Shown here in pieces: positions 29,304 through 42,591 of a stretch of 64,000 nt of DNA. A model generated the notes under the pieces. The model saw only the letters and a list, made by a program, of their open reading frames with translations, was not told the origin of the DNA and ran no database searches. The stretch lies in NCBI RefSeq assembly GCF_009914755.1, contig NC_060932.1. One strand, given 5' to 3'. Numbering within the stretch: position 1 is the stretch's first letter; each line of letters starts with the position of its first letter. The stretch is from the human T2T-CHM13v2.0 reference genome, Homo sapiens. The translations under genes were made by a program, and so were the position numbers.

Positions 29304-31456
29304 CCTTATAGCATCATAACAACAGAGGTGTGCAAAGATACAAAATACCATCCGGTAAATTCTTTTCCCAATATTATTTCAGAAATCATCTTTTTGTTAT
29401 ATCTCAATCTACAGTACTTGCTACACTCCTACAAGGTACCTAGTAAGCCACACTAAAATTACTTATTTCGTAAGTGAATTCACTCTCCTGGTATCAACAG
29501 TAAATGACTTTTCCTATGTTAAAGTTTATTTCAAATCAGGGATAGGTTGATATCGTCACCATACTCATTCAGCTATGAGTATTTTGAAGGCCTGCGAAAG
29601 TATTATATGTATAAAATCTTGATTGTTATTGAGATTTATAGATTTTGTTTTTGATAGCCTAATGGCAACTTAGAATGTAAGTTATTAAGTGATTATAGCC
29701 TAAAAATAGCATTCATTAACTTTTAGCCTAAGTAACATTTGAGTTTTGAATGTACATATATATATATGCACACATATAAATCAAGTTGAATGTTATAATA
29801 CAAGTATGGTTAAAATCATTACTGGAACCTGTCCTTCAATTAGGTTTTCAAAATCTGAAAATATTGGCAATCTTTTTATATATGTAATGTTTCCATTGGA
29901 TAATTACCTTTAGGTTTTTATTATATTTTACACATCTTTCTTGAACTGAACTTTGTTGTATCACATGTAGGATTTGACCATTTCTTATCATATAAGAGGA
30001 ATATGTTTTTAAAATATAGTCAAAAATTTTCTAAATTTTAATTTCAGGAAGTTTTTTCTGAGAAAGAAAAATTTTAATCCTTATTTCCAGAATCATGTAA
30101 GATAACCACTGTTTGGAAGAAAAATGTTTTGATAATTAAGGATTAGAATAAAATCTGAATGTTTAAAATTCCAATAGATGGGTTTCTTTGTACTTTAACA
30201 AATTAAAAACAAATTTTAATTTAAAATATTTTAGAAATTTTACTTAATACATTTATTTAATGAAGGCTGCTTTTAAGAACTTTAAATCCTCACGTAAACA
30301 CCACCACCTGCAAAGTATTAATATCAACTTTTTCAACAAAATGCCTGCTATGTATAAGCTACTGAAAGAAGACAAAAATTAATAAAATGTGTCCCTCCTC
30401 TTAGATATCTATAATCTAGGAAAATGAACACATTCTTTTCAGACACTAAACTCCATAAGAACAGGTATCAGATCTATCTTATTTACCACCACATCCTGAG
30501 AATGGAGCACAGTGCCTGACACATAATAGATGCTCATAATAGATGCTCAGGGTTTATAGTCAGTGAATAAGTAAAGAAATGAGTGAGCAAATATCTCTTA
30601 AAAAGAACAGACTTTTAAAGTTAACAAGCAGTGATGTGTTATTCAGTAGCAAATAAGATTGTTTCCTAATGTCATAATTCAATTTTCCCTGCTTCCTACT
30701 ATGACTAGATGTTGGTTGGTGATAGTTTATATGATTCAGTTATTTGGTTGGTTGATTTAAAACAGTGAAATATCCTACAAACCTGCAGTTTGTCCTGCTA
30801 TCCTCTAGATGGAGAGCCTTTATAATTTTGGTCAAAATGTGTGTGTGTATATATAGGCCCCTTACCATTATTATATGTGATTTTTAGAATTGTCATCCAT
30901 GTTTTTTTTTTCCATGCCGAGTCCTGTTTTACTTTGGATACATTTCAGAAATAAAGTCACTTTTTTGTTAGAAGTCAGTGGAGTTAGAAAGTCAAATGGA
31001 GTACATGTTATTTAGTCAATTCCTTATTTTTGGAATTTTAAAAAGCACGGAAATAAATAATATGAAGAGTAGAGAAAGTTTCCATGAATTCTGGGAGGAA
31101 GAAAAATCATTTGTGAATAACAGCATTCAGTTCACTTATAGCTTCATGATTTTTTTTTTGAAATAGTTGTTCTTCCTAAGTTTCTTCATTGATTCCATTG
31201 CCCTGCTGTGTATAATTTGACATTTGTTTGGATGTGTAGGGTAGCCTGTGTAGTCAGAATTTTCAGACCTAATAATGGACATTGTATGAACTCTCTGAGG
31301 ATTCTTTTGGACATTAGTTCTTACCTTGACAGTCAGATAAAATTAAGGACTTGGGGAGTAGATATCTGATGAACCAGAATAATGTCTTTTAAAAAAACTT
31401 TATATAAAGAAGCAGTAGCAATCTCCTTATGGGTACACCTTTATATATTTTAATAG

Positions 31457-31573
31457 TAATATGGACAAGTTAGGCCCTCCACTTCGAACGGGAAGACTTG
31501 TGCAAAGGTTGTATGACAGTGATACAAAATCAGACAGTGCCATCAAAAGACATGAGTTATTACCTATTTACAA
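31457..31573 (+). CDS. ZC2HC1A: Putative in-frame cassette exon of ZC2HC1A (117 nt, 39 codons)
   Basis: TTTTAATAG|T AAT ATG...TAC AA|GTAAGT; phase 2-2 matches flanking exons; no stop; encodes NMDKLGPPLRTGRLVQRLYDSDTKSDSAIKRHELLPIY(K). Confidence 0.72.
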
Positions 31574-33649
31574 GTAAGTATTTGTAACTCAGTTTGGTTA
31601 ATATTTTTCAGATATTTCCTTAAAAGCTTTATATAATGGAATAACATAACTTTTACTGTCCTATACTTAAAAAAATCTGTTGAATAATTTCTAAGCCAAA
31701 ATGTGTCAAATAATCTAGGATTTAAAACATTTTGATTTTTAGTAAGCATTTCTGTTGTACTAAATAAAACTTTTTAGGTTATACATTTTATTCCATTAAA
31801 TATTAATTTTTTGAGGTTTCAAATTGCAGTCACATTTAATAATTATTTTTATGAAGTTTTTTTTAGTAATAATTAGGGTTTTTTGTAATAGTAGTTTTAA
31901 AAAGCAGAGTTTGAGAAAAATAATGTCTTGTACAGTATATAATATTGTTAGATTATCTCTTAGATAAGCCGATGGTGAACTATTATAAAAAGCCCAGAAA
32001 AAGAAAAGATTTTAGGAAACTTTCAATCCAAGGGTCCTTAGTCTTTTTGTTAGATGGTTGTAAATTCTGCCTACAACCGGGAAAAAGTATGACACTGCCA
32101 AAGAGTCAAGCTCGAGGAAGAGTATGACACAGCCAGTTCTGACCTGGCTGGCTGAAAAGAGTGTGTGGCAATGGCAGTTACTTTGAAACTCTACAGCATG
32201 AGTCTTCAAGGTTTACTAATTTGGGTCTCAATTCTAGCCCACATTTTAAATATGAAATTAGGGCCTAAAAATTAATATACCTATTAATGGTGGAAAATAT
32301 TAAGCAGAGTAACTTAGTTAACTTTTAAACCAACACCTACTACAACAGTCTGCTCAGTATGTATGTATGAAAAGTAATAATAAATTTAACTAGATAAACA
32401 AAGGTAGGAGAAGTCTTTAAGATACTAGCAGCAGCCATTTGCTATTTTTAAGTAGTGATAAATCCTAGCAGGAAGAGTTTGTGCTGTGAGCCGTTTTTCA
32501 TTTTGCTGATTCTACTGTCAGAACTCTCTGATGCAGATCTCACAGTAACAGTGACTAGCAGTAAGATGGATTAAGTACAATTCCAAAATTAAACCTTCTT
32601 TAATTATTCATATGAGCTGTTAACAGGTAGATTCTAGATACAGAGTAAGAGTAATGCTTTGCAGATTCTGAACAGAAAGAAAAATTTGTGGACTGTGTAA
32701 GACTGGGGCAAGATGTTTTAAGTGATCAAGGCCATTCTAGATGTTACTAAAAATAAATGACAGGTATTTAATATTGGTAGCTATTAATGATGATAATCTC
32801 TTATATTTTCCTCTAAATATAAACATTTTGAACAACCTCAAGTTACCGATATGGTGACATTATGTGTATATATTCATGGGTGTGTTTGTATTGTTTGTAT
32901 ATCTCATGCACTTAAGACGATTCTATAGCCAAAAAAAAAAAAGTGTTCTTCCTATTTAAAGTCCATTCTTTGACAATGATTTCCTAAAGATTGAATTTCT
33001 AGAAAAAGACTCTAGTAGTTCTACAACATCCCCAAAGAGGCTATACACAAGAGTAGAGTAAACCTCATGAATGGACTTGGAGTGAGCATTTGAAGAGGTG
33101 CAGGGCATTCCATTCATGCACCAAAGTGATTCTTTGCTTGTTGAAGTTTAGAAGTAATTTAAAGAAGTAACTATGCAAAGCAACCACTTTGAATGACAGC
33201 ATTGTGTATTGAATATGAGTTCTGTAATACAGCCCACTTAAGTTCAAGTACTACTCTGGCCACGTAGTAGCCTCACAATTTATATAATCTCTTTGAACAT
33301 GCTTCCACTTTAAAATGGGAATAATATCTTCTGAGATTTGGGGGACATTAAATAAGGCATGTGTAGTATCTGGCTTCATAATTGTCATGTAGTGGCTGTT
33401 TGAAAAATAGTGGATGTTGTTATTACCTGCATGTACTTTGGAAGCAGCTGTTTACAATTTTAGGGTACTCTCTCCTACTTTGCCATATAAGTAGAGTAAG
33501 AAAAATTTCAACTAAAGTTTAAGAACCTCTAATCTGGAGGTATTTTTTAAAGTATTCTGCTGTTCATATAACACTGTTCACCTGTGAAATTTAAAGATTT
33601 GATTAAAGCTCTATAGAGAGGGAGGGAACTATGCTTCAATGAACATCTA

Positions 33650-33840
33650 AATCCTAGCTTTGGAACACACTAGCAGGGTCACCTTGGGTAAGTTACTTAG
33701 GGGCTCTTTACCTCATTTGTCTTATCTGTAAATGGAGTTATGAACGCTACCTATTTCATAGGATTATTAGGATAAATAAATTTCTATGGGCAAAATAATT
33801 AGAATTGTACTTGACATGGAGTAAGCACTATTATATAAAT
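33650..33840 (+). mobile_element. MIR
   Basis: ACCTTGGGTAAGTTACTTA...CCTCATTTGTCTTATCTGTAAATGGAG...TACCTATTTCATAGGATTATT. Confidence 0.7.
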
Positions 33841-34686
33841 GTTAACTTATAGTGGCAACAACAGTAGTAATAGTATTAGCATCAGCTATCTAAATGTTTA
33901 TATGAATTGTACTTTTTTTCTCATAACCTTTCTATAAGTGATCATTTTATAAATGATGAGACTCAGACTTGCTGTCACAAAGCTGTCAGTAGCATTAGCA
34001 TTTGAATCTAAATTCATTTGAATTCCCAAGCCTCTGCTTTTAGTGTTATATCATCATCATTTAGTTTTCTAACCCTTCTTTGATTCTTAAAGTTTCAAAA
34101 TGGAGACTCATGGATGATCCAACCAGAAGTCCCTCTGATTTCGGATAGCCCAGGCTGTGCAGTTGGTAAAATTAAATCTTTAAAGGGAATATTATATTAA
34201 CTCATTTATTTTAGTTGCTGCTTTTTAGAACTTTCATAAGTTGAATATTATTCTTTAATGTGACTAGCAAAAAAATTCTTTTTTTAACTACATCGTATAT
34301 GCCTAGAATAATGAAACTTGTTTGTTTATTTAACCATTATCCGTAAGCATTTATCAGAATATATGTTTTGAGGGAAATATAAATTTAAACTGTTTTTAAA
34401 AATGTATCTTTCAGAATGATTACCTTATAAATTTCATGTAAAGCATATATACATATTTTAGTTGATTTTATTTACTATCAGAATAGTATTAGTAAATGCA
34501 AAATTATTTGGTTTATCTTTAATATTAACTACTATTTGCTTTCAGATTTAAAATAATTATTGGGACTTTAATCTTTTGAACTTCTCTGAAGCTTCTAAGT
34601 ATTCTTTCTAGTCATGTGAATAGGTAATTTGAGAAATACATGCTCACTGTTCAATACTTTTCCATTATTTTTCCTCTTTTTTATAG

Positions 34687-34794
34687 AGCTAATGTCAAAC
34701 CCCGAAATTCCACACCACCTAGTTTGGCAAGAAATCCTGCCCCAGGTGTGCTTACAAACAAAAGAAAAACATATACTGAGAGCTACATAGCCAG
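34687..34794 (+). CDS. ZC2HC1A: ZC2HC1A coding exon (~exon 8), 108 nt
   Basis: TTATAG|AGCTAAT...GCCAG|GTATGT; encodes ANVKPRNSTPPSLARNPAPGVLTNKRKTYTESYIA; phase 2-2. Confidence 0.95.
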
Positions 34795-34934
34795 GTATGT
34801 TTAGCTCTGCTCTCCCAATAACTAAAATAAAATTGAGTATATGATAGTTTTCCAAGGACCATACACAAAAGTAAGTAACAAGCTATTTATAGAAAACCTG
34901 ATTTTTTTCTTTTAATCTGGCTTTTAAGTTGTAC

Positions 34935-35232
34935 ACCTCTAATGGATTTGGGCAAAGTAAACTGAAAACCTTCTGTAAAGGATTAACCCTTCTACATGCC
35001 ACTAAGAACGTATGTGATTTATGGGAGGAGGTCAAAATATCCACATTAATAAGAGTTTGGAAGAAGTTGTTCCAAACTTCATGGATGACTTTGAGGGACT
35101 TAAGACTTCAGTGGAGGAGGTAACTGCAGATGTACTAGCAAAATAGCAAAAGAACTAGAATCAGAAGGGAAGCCTGCAGATGTCATTGAACTGCTGCAGT
35201 CTCACGATAAAACTGGAATGGATGAGGAGTTG
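34935..35232 (+). mobile_element. Tigger1 transposase fragment
   Basis: GGGCAAAGTAAACTGAAAACCTTCTG...TGGGAGGAGGTCAAAATATC...CTTCAGTGGAGGAGGTAACTGCAGATG; ORF at 34929 resembles Tigger1 transposase. Confidence 0.88.
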
Positions 35233-35889
<657 letters not shown>

Positions 35890-36178
35890 TAGTATGTTTT
35901 GTTAATAGATAATAGAGACCTCCCTGTGAGTGCATGCATAAGAGTTTGTTATTTATTGCATCACAATAATTTAATATCATTAAATAATAAAACTAAAATA
36001 AATACTAGAAGCATCACCTCACAATCCTTGTGACCAAGGAGAGAGACTTGAAACCTAAGGATCTCTATCTTTCCTCATGGTTGGGTTCTCTTTAGAGATG
36101 GGTTTGCAGAAAGGACATCATAAATGTTCATTCTGCTCCCAGTGTAGTAAATTCCTAGCACAAAGAACAGATGGAAAG

Positions 36179-36555
36179 CGATGTGGTTTGGATTTGTGTC
36201 CTGCCCAAATCTCATGTCAAATTGTAAACCTCAACGTTAGAGGAGGGGCCTGGTGATAGGCGATTGGATCATGGGGGTGGACTTCCCCATTGCTGTTCTT
36301 GTGATAGTGAGTTCTCAATGTATCTGATTGTTTAAAACTGTATAGTACCTGCCCCTTCTCTTTTTTCCTCCTGCTCCCACCATGTAAGACATGCTTGCTT
36401 CCCCTTTGCCTTCTGCTATGAATAAGTTTCCTGAGGCCTCCCCAACCAAGCTTTCTGTACAGCCTGCAGAACTGTGAGTCAGTTAAACCTCTTTTCTTTA
36501 TAAATTACCCAGTCTCAGGTAGTTCTTTATAGCAATGTGAGAACAGACTAACACA
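36179..36555 (+). mobile_element. MST (MaLR) solo LTR
   Basis: GATGTGGTTTGGATTTGTGTCC...GAGAACAGACTAACACA; 5-bp TSD GAAAG at 36174-36178 and 36556-36560. Confidence 0.9.
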
Positions 36556-36794
36556 GAAAGCATGGCTGCATTTGGTCATGGTAAATTCTCGTAACACAGA
36601 TAAATATAATGTTAAAAAAAAATGTTAGAATTTTAGTATTTACTAACAAGGATTTTTTAAAATTTGAACTAGAGGAATATTAAAAACGAGATTAAGCAGG
36701 CTAATTGTTATATTTATGTCCTGTTTCTCCAGGGTTATGGGTTGAAAACTACTGATACAAACTTTATCTTTTCATTGTTTCTTTACTTTTTTAG

Positions 36795-36960
36795 GCCAGA
36801 TGGGGACTGTGCATCTTCCCTTAATGGTGGAAATATTAAAGGCATTGAAGGACATTCACCTGGAAACTTACCAAAATTCTGCCATGAGTGTGGGACTAAA
36901 TACCCTGTAGAATGGGCCAAATTTTGCTGTGAATGTGGCATTCGAAGAATGATTCTATGA
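36795..36960 (+). CDS. ZC2HC1A: ZC2HC1A terminal coding exon, C-terminal Cys zinc ribbon
   Basis: TTTTAG|GCCAGAT...TGA; encodes [54 protein letters not shown]. Confidence 0.97.
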
Positions 36961-39235
36961 ATAGAATCTCAAAAAAAAAAAAAAGCCAAGTTCAGAGTTT
37001 ATGATTATTGCTGCTTGGACAGCTAGAGCACATCCTCTAGTTAGTTTGTGCTAAAAATACTCGAAATACCATTTCCAGTTAATTTTGAAGTGTAATCTTT
37101 TGGCTATATAATGTGTGTATGTTTATATGTGTACATATACTGTATATAATAAATATCTGATACCCCAGACTGTGTCATTCAAGGAAATATTCACTTATCT
37201 GTCAGAAAATAATTTCAAATGGAACAATTAATTTAGGTGTTACTTTTCTGTTGTTGTTAAAGCACGTTAAGTACATTTCCACAAACTCTCATACTCTAGT
37301 GCTTAGCCCTTCAAGCTTTAGGATAAGTATAACTTTGAGCAAAAAATTTGGATAAACATTTGTATTATTGGTGCCTATCTTCAGATAGTATCATAGTAGG
37401 ATAGATGCTGGGAATTTTGTAATTAAAGAGAACAGTTTTAGTTACCATTAGGTATGTTAAGGTCACTCCTGTAGAGCATGTCAACAAATTATTTCATAAA
37501 TCCGAAAAACTAAGAGAAAAAAAAACCCCTCTATTAGTTACGTAATTTAAACATCTTACTTGTTTTGTAAAAATGTAATTATGCAATTTCCTTTTCAAAT
37601 ACACAAGACTAAAAATACAAATCTATCTTGTTCTATTTATAACTGATTTTTTTTAGTTCTGTATGTATTCGTTGAACATATTTTTTTACTTCCAATTGTT
37701 TTTCCAGATTTCACTTTTCCTCTTTTTCCATAACCCGTGAAGATAGTTTTAATTTGCTAGTTCATTTTTTGCTGTATTTGAAAATGTAATTATTTAATAT
37801 AGAAGGCACAGAATTCCCTGCAAAATCTTACATGTTTAAAAACATATAATTTTTTGTATCTGAATTTAGAATAAATCATTTTAATGCATCTTAAATCACG
37901 TCACCTAATCATAATAGTTGTGGTAACTAATCATTAGTGCAGAGCATGCAGATAAAAAATATTTGAATTTTTTTTTCTTGGAAGTACATGTAGTTATGAG
38001 TAGGTTAAGAGAATATCTAATTTTCCTACTCTTTTTTTCATCTTTAGCATTTAATGTTGAAACACCATTCACGTCACATTAAGGACCCACTGAAAATGTA
38101 TTGTTTTAATGCATAATTGACTTACCTAATTAAACATACACACAAATTTAATTATTTTTTTCTCTTTAACCTGATCACGACACAGCTCTTAATCATTGTC
38201 ACTTTCAGTATATCATAGTAGTTAGTAGTAGATTGCCTTGATGGCAGTAATTCTGTAGTAATTTCTATTCAATCAAACCTAAGAGAGCTTTGATCTTACT
38301 GTAAAGGTACAAACAAATCTCTTATATAATTCCTAGCTTTTTTTTTTGTTTATGATTCTGATCAACTATAAGACACAATGTAAAGAATTGTGGCTTATAA
38401 TTTATCTGAAATTTATTAGCTTAGTTTAGTTTGGGCAGGAGTTACAAACTTAATAGGAATTGTCATTTTACTTACAGTTTATTTCCTGATTAGTTGTTAA
38501 TTTTTTTCCCCTCAGTTATCTTTATTCAGTCTTATTGGTCAAAACAAAGAAACAAATAGTCCATCAACTAAAATAAGCTGTAATGAATTTAGAAGATGAA
38601 TGCATATATTAGATTTCCATTTAAATCACTTCTGTTATAAATCATATAAAGAACTTTAAACTTGTTTTATCTAATACTGAGCACTGTTTTTTTGTCAAGT
38701 ATTTTTTTAAGACCACATAATTCTTTTTGTCTGCTCAAGGAAAGGATAGATAAATAATTGGCACACATTTGTTTCTCACTGAATTTTACAGTAGTAAATT
38801 AATGTTATAATGTACCACATGGAGATGAGTTGGTAAGAAATCATCTAGTTCCAGAGCCCAGAGATTATAAACAGTAGGTGAAATAGATTTATGACTTACG
38901 AAATATGTTGTGACAATATATTTAAATGCATTTTTATATTACTTGCATATTCTCACATTGATTTGTGCAATAGTTCAGTTTTAAAAAAAATCTTCCTATG
39001 CATCATGTATTTTATTTTTATTTATTTTCACAAGTATTTGACAGTATGGTAGAATAAAAGATGATTGTAAGATTAAAAATGTAAAAATTGCTTATGTATT
39101 ATTCTGAATTGTGTTAGGTTGAAAAAGATGATTGTGGTGACTATTATTTCTTGTCCACTATTTGTTTTTTGTTTTTTCACCAATAATGTCTTCATATTTG
39201 AACCTATTCAATAAAGACATGAAGCATAAAAATGC
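36961..39235 (+). other. ZC2HC1A: ZC2HC1A 3'UTR (approximate end)
   Basis: AU-rich segment after the stop with no recognisable repeats; AATAAA at 37148, 37870, 39053 and 39210. Confidence 0.75.
39210..39215 (+). terminator. Probable distal poly(A) signal of ZC2HC1A
   Basis: AATAAA with U-rich upstream region and GT/T-rich downstream sequence. Confidence 0.6.
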
Positions 39236-39966
39236 TAGTTCGTATTCACTGATGTCTTTTAGCCATACATAGAAAGATAGGAACCTAATGAAATATAAAT
39301 AAAATATTTGAAGTCAAAAATAACAGATTTTTACAAATAAAAAGTAGCTTTTCATTGGCTGTATTCTTATGCCATCAGCTTTTTAAAATGTATTACCATT
39401 TTATTGAAGTGTTTTCTGACATCAAAGTATTAGAAATGTTTTTGTTACAAGTTTTTTAAGGCATTATCTTCATAGACTATTTAGCAGTCACAAACATTTG
39501 TGATGTCAAGGTTAATAGGAAACATGGACGTTTCTAGTTAAGAGCTATACAGTTTAATGGCAAAGTTATTTGTGATGAATAATATTTTAGACCACATTTA
39601 AAATTAAAAAGGAATTTAGTGAAATTTCAGATTAGACATGTTTGATTTTTTTCCTTAGGTTAGAGGTGAACATTTAACCATGAGTAGAAGCTCTGGAGAT
39701 GAAAAAATATTAGAAAACACAGATAACAAAGAATCATCAGAACACTTGGGTATTTATTTTCATTGAATGTGTATGTATTTTACATGGTAAGTATTTTTTA
39801 GTATTGAGGTATGTTGATTTTTTTCAAATGACTATATTATTAAATAGAGCTGTGGAGAAATTAAAGCCACAATTTTTATTTTCATTTAGAAAAATTTCAG
39901 TTAAATGTTACTCAATGCTCCTCATTTTAAACACAGTTTTGCTTAGCTCATATGTGAATTGCTTTT

Positions 39967-39985
39967 TAGCCACTAGAGGGTGCAT
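39967..39985 (+). promoter_or_regulatory. CTCF-like motif
   Basis: TAGCCACTAGAGGGTGCAT vs core CCASYAGRKGGCRS (one mismatch). Confidence 0.55.
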
Positions 39986-41853
39986 TTGGATAATTATTTC
40001 ATAATATTACGGCCTATTCTTTTTAAGGGCCTCTCAGCAATATACATATGATTTTTTGACAACACGAAACTACAGAGATTTATAAGGGTAGTTTTCTTTG
40101 TTTTGTTGTGATTTTAATAATGTGTTTATATTTTAGAAATTTTGCCCAGCTCAACTGGGGCACCAGGATTGCAGTAATTGATAGAGATATTTAATAATTA
40201 CACTTCATGATATTTTGTTAGCAAAATTATGCATCTCAAGCATATCACTTATGGACAATACATGGATTAGTAAATACTCCTTGAAATATTACTTTAATAT
40301 TTCATCTTAGTTCTACCACAGTTTAGTAGGTTATAGTTTCATTTAAGATAAGGATCTTTTTTTCCCCAATCGTCTATTCTAATTTAACATTATCTAACAC
40401 AAAAGAGTGTCATCTATTTAAATAGGAGCTAATAAGTGGTTAGATCAACTACTGTAAGGTGCACAAAGCTAAAGCTTTGTACTTACCATTGAAAAACGCT
40501 TTATGTGCTCTTTCTGGATATGCAATGATGGGGATCGAGATAATAAGATGTAATTAAGTGTCTGCCCTCAAGTTGATACAATTTATTTGGAGAAACTGAT
40601 ACCTAAACAGACAATTACAACATGGGACAAAAATAAGTGATTTATTTTAATGGAACTTTTGTTTATCATGAAGATACCAAAAAGTGCGGCAGAAATATTA
40701 AAGAGGGAGCTTCTTATAACCATAAATTATACAGCTCAGCATTTCCCATTTTTTCTTTTCTTCCTTGTGCCAATGCTTGGGAGGAAACCAGAGTATGAAC
40801 AAGAACTGTTTTACCTTCTAGTGGAGAAAGGACAATTTGCAGTGGAAAGAATGTGTGTGTCGTCCGTTTGATCTGTAAAATGTGAACTGCTTCTGTAGTC
40901 CTGAGGACTGAGGAAAAGAGATGTTGAGTAAAAGTTACTGATAATTCCAGCTATTCAATCTTATCTCACTTTTTCCTCTCTTTTATCTCTGCCCAAATAC
41001 CTCTACTTATGCACCTACTTTGAATTTGCAACAGTGAGGCTGGGGATAGGAGACGGCCAGTAGTGCTGAGTAGTGTCAAGTACAGTTAACAGTGAAATGC
41101 GGATTTTCACTCATCAAATCAGCAATCTTAAATTATAAAACTTAAAACCTGTCATGGGGCGTTAAGATGAATGCCCTTATGTACTGATGGTGGAAATATA
41201 AATAGATCATACTTTTTGAAAAGGTCGATTAAATTTACGTTAAAAGCCTTTACAAACATTTGTGCTTCATAACTTAGTAATTTTATTTCTAAGACACACT
41301 TAGGGAAATAATCTGAAGTATAGGAAAATATTTATGCAAAACATGATTAATAGTACTATATAGTGATAAAATTGAAGAAATTGGCCTTTAAATCAATTTT
41401 AAATAATTTTAATGGAATCACAAGGTTGTTTTATTGCTAAGATAAAAATTTTCAAATAACGTTTGTATATAAAATATTCCAATTACATAAAAAAGTGCAA
41501 AGACAAAAGGCTAGAAATATATTTCTCAATATTATGCTTATTTCTACCAAAGGATATTTGGTAAGTTATCTTTTATATTTTGTATATTGTCAATTTTTAA
41601 AATAAATGCACATTACCATTATAATTTTTAAAAAGCAAATAGGTTTCTGTTTTTCAGAGTTACTCATGTTCATCTGCAATATTTAATCTGAAACTGCCGC
41701 CTTTTACGTTGTTTTCTAATGTCCACAAATGTCCTGTGATCTACTTAAGCTAGTTTATTTTTATAAAAGCTGTATTGCTGAAAGTGGCCTGTCAACTAGA
41801 GGTATAATTTTAACGAAATTATTTTTCCTAAATTTCATTCAAGAGGACATTCT

Positions 41854-42556
41854 ATTTTTTAATTTTAAAATTTTTATTTTTTGCTTTCAATAAGAATTTA
41901 TTTTGCACATTTTAAAAATCGCAATTTTCAGGATGTGTAAGAAAACTATTTTTCTTATACTGAAATAAGCATGTCTTTGGTATAGAAACCACACCCTATG
42001 TGTGATCTTTAACTAAGAAAACTAATCAAGAACTATGATCTAATATGATAAACAAAACTCTTCTTTGCCCATCCATCTGTCCCCTTTCATAGCCCCATTG
42101 TGGGGCTTTAGAATATAGTTATGTACATATCTCCATATCTACAAAGAGTTAAGATGCCATATCAAAGATGTTCAGAAGTTATATATGGTAGAGAATTAAT
42201 TGGCTTATCCTTGACACATAATACAAAACACCAAAAGTAATATATATACAGGACAAGCAAAATAGAACATTGTCACTAAGGTCAAATAATAGAAAAACAA
42301 TCACATCATTTAAGTTTGATGCATTGGAAACAAAGTAACTTCTTTATTATGTAAACAACTTGCAAAGCTCAAAAGGTAACAGCACAGAGCCATAAATTTG
42401 ATAAGGCACTTTAAAGATAGCAATCAAACATATAAAAATGTCAACCACAAAAAAACTGTAAAAATAATAACCATAAAAAATAGGGGGGAATACATGCATT
42501 CTTTCTAGATAGTCTTTCATTTTCCAAAGGAAAGCCTTCTATAAAAATATAGAAGT

Positions 42557-42591
<35 letters not shown>

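Noticed and set aside
31945-32127. Basic 60-aa ORF after the cassette exon
   Set aside because: The CTCTTAG acceptor read in phase 2 gives an immediate TAA; no other support
40650-40871. 73-aa ATG ORF
   Set aside because: No recognisable homology; expected by chance
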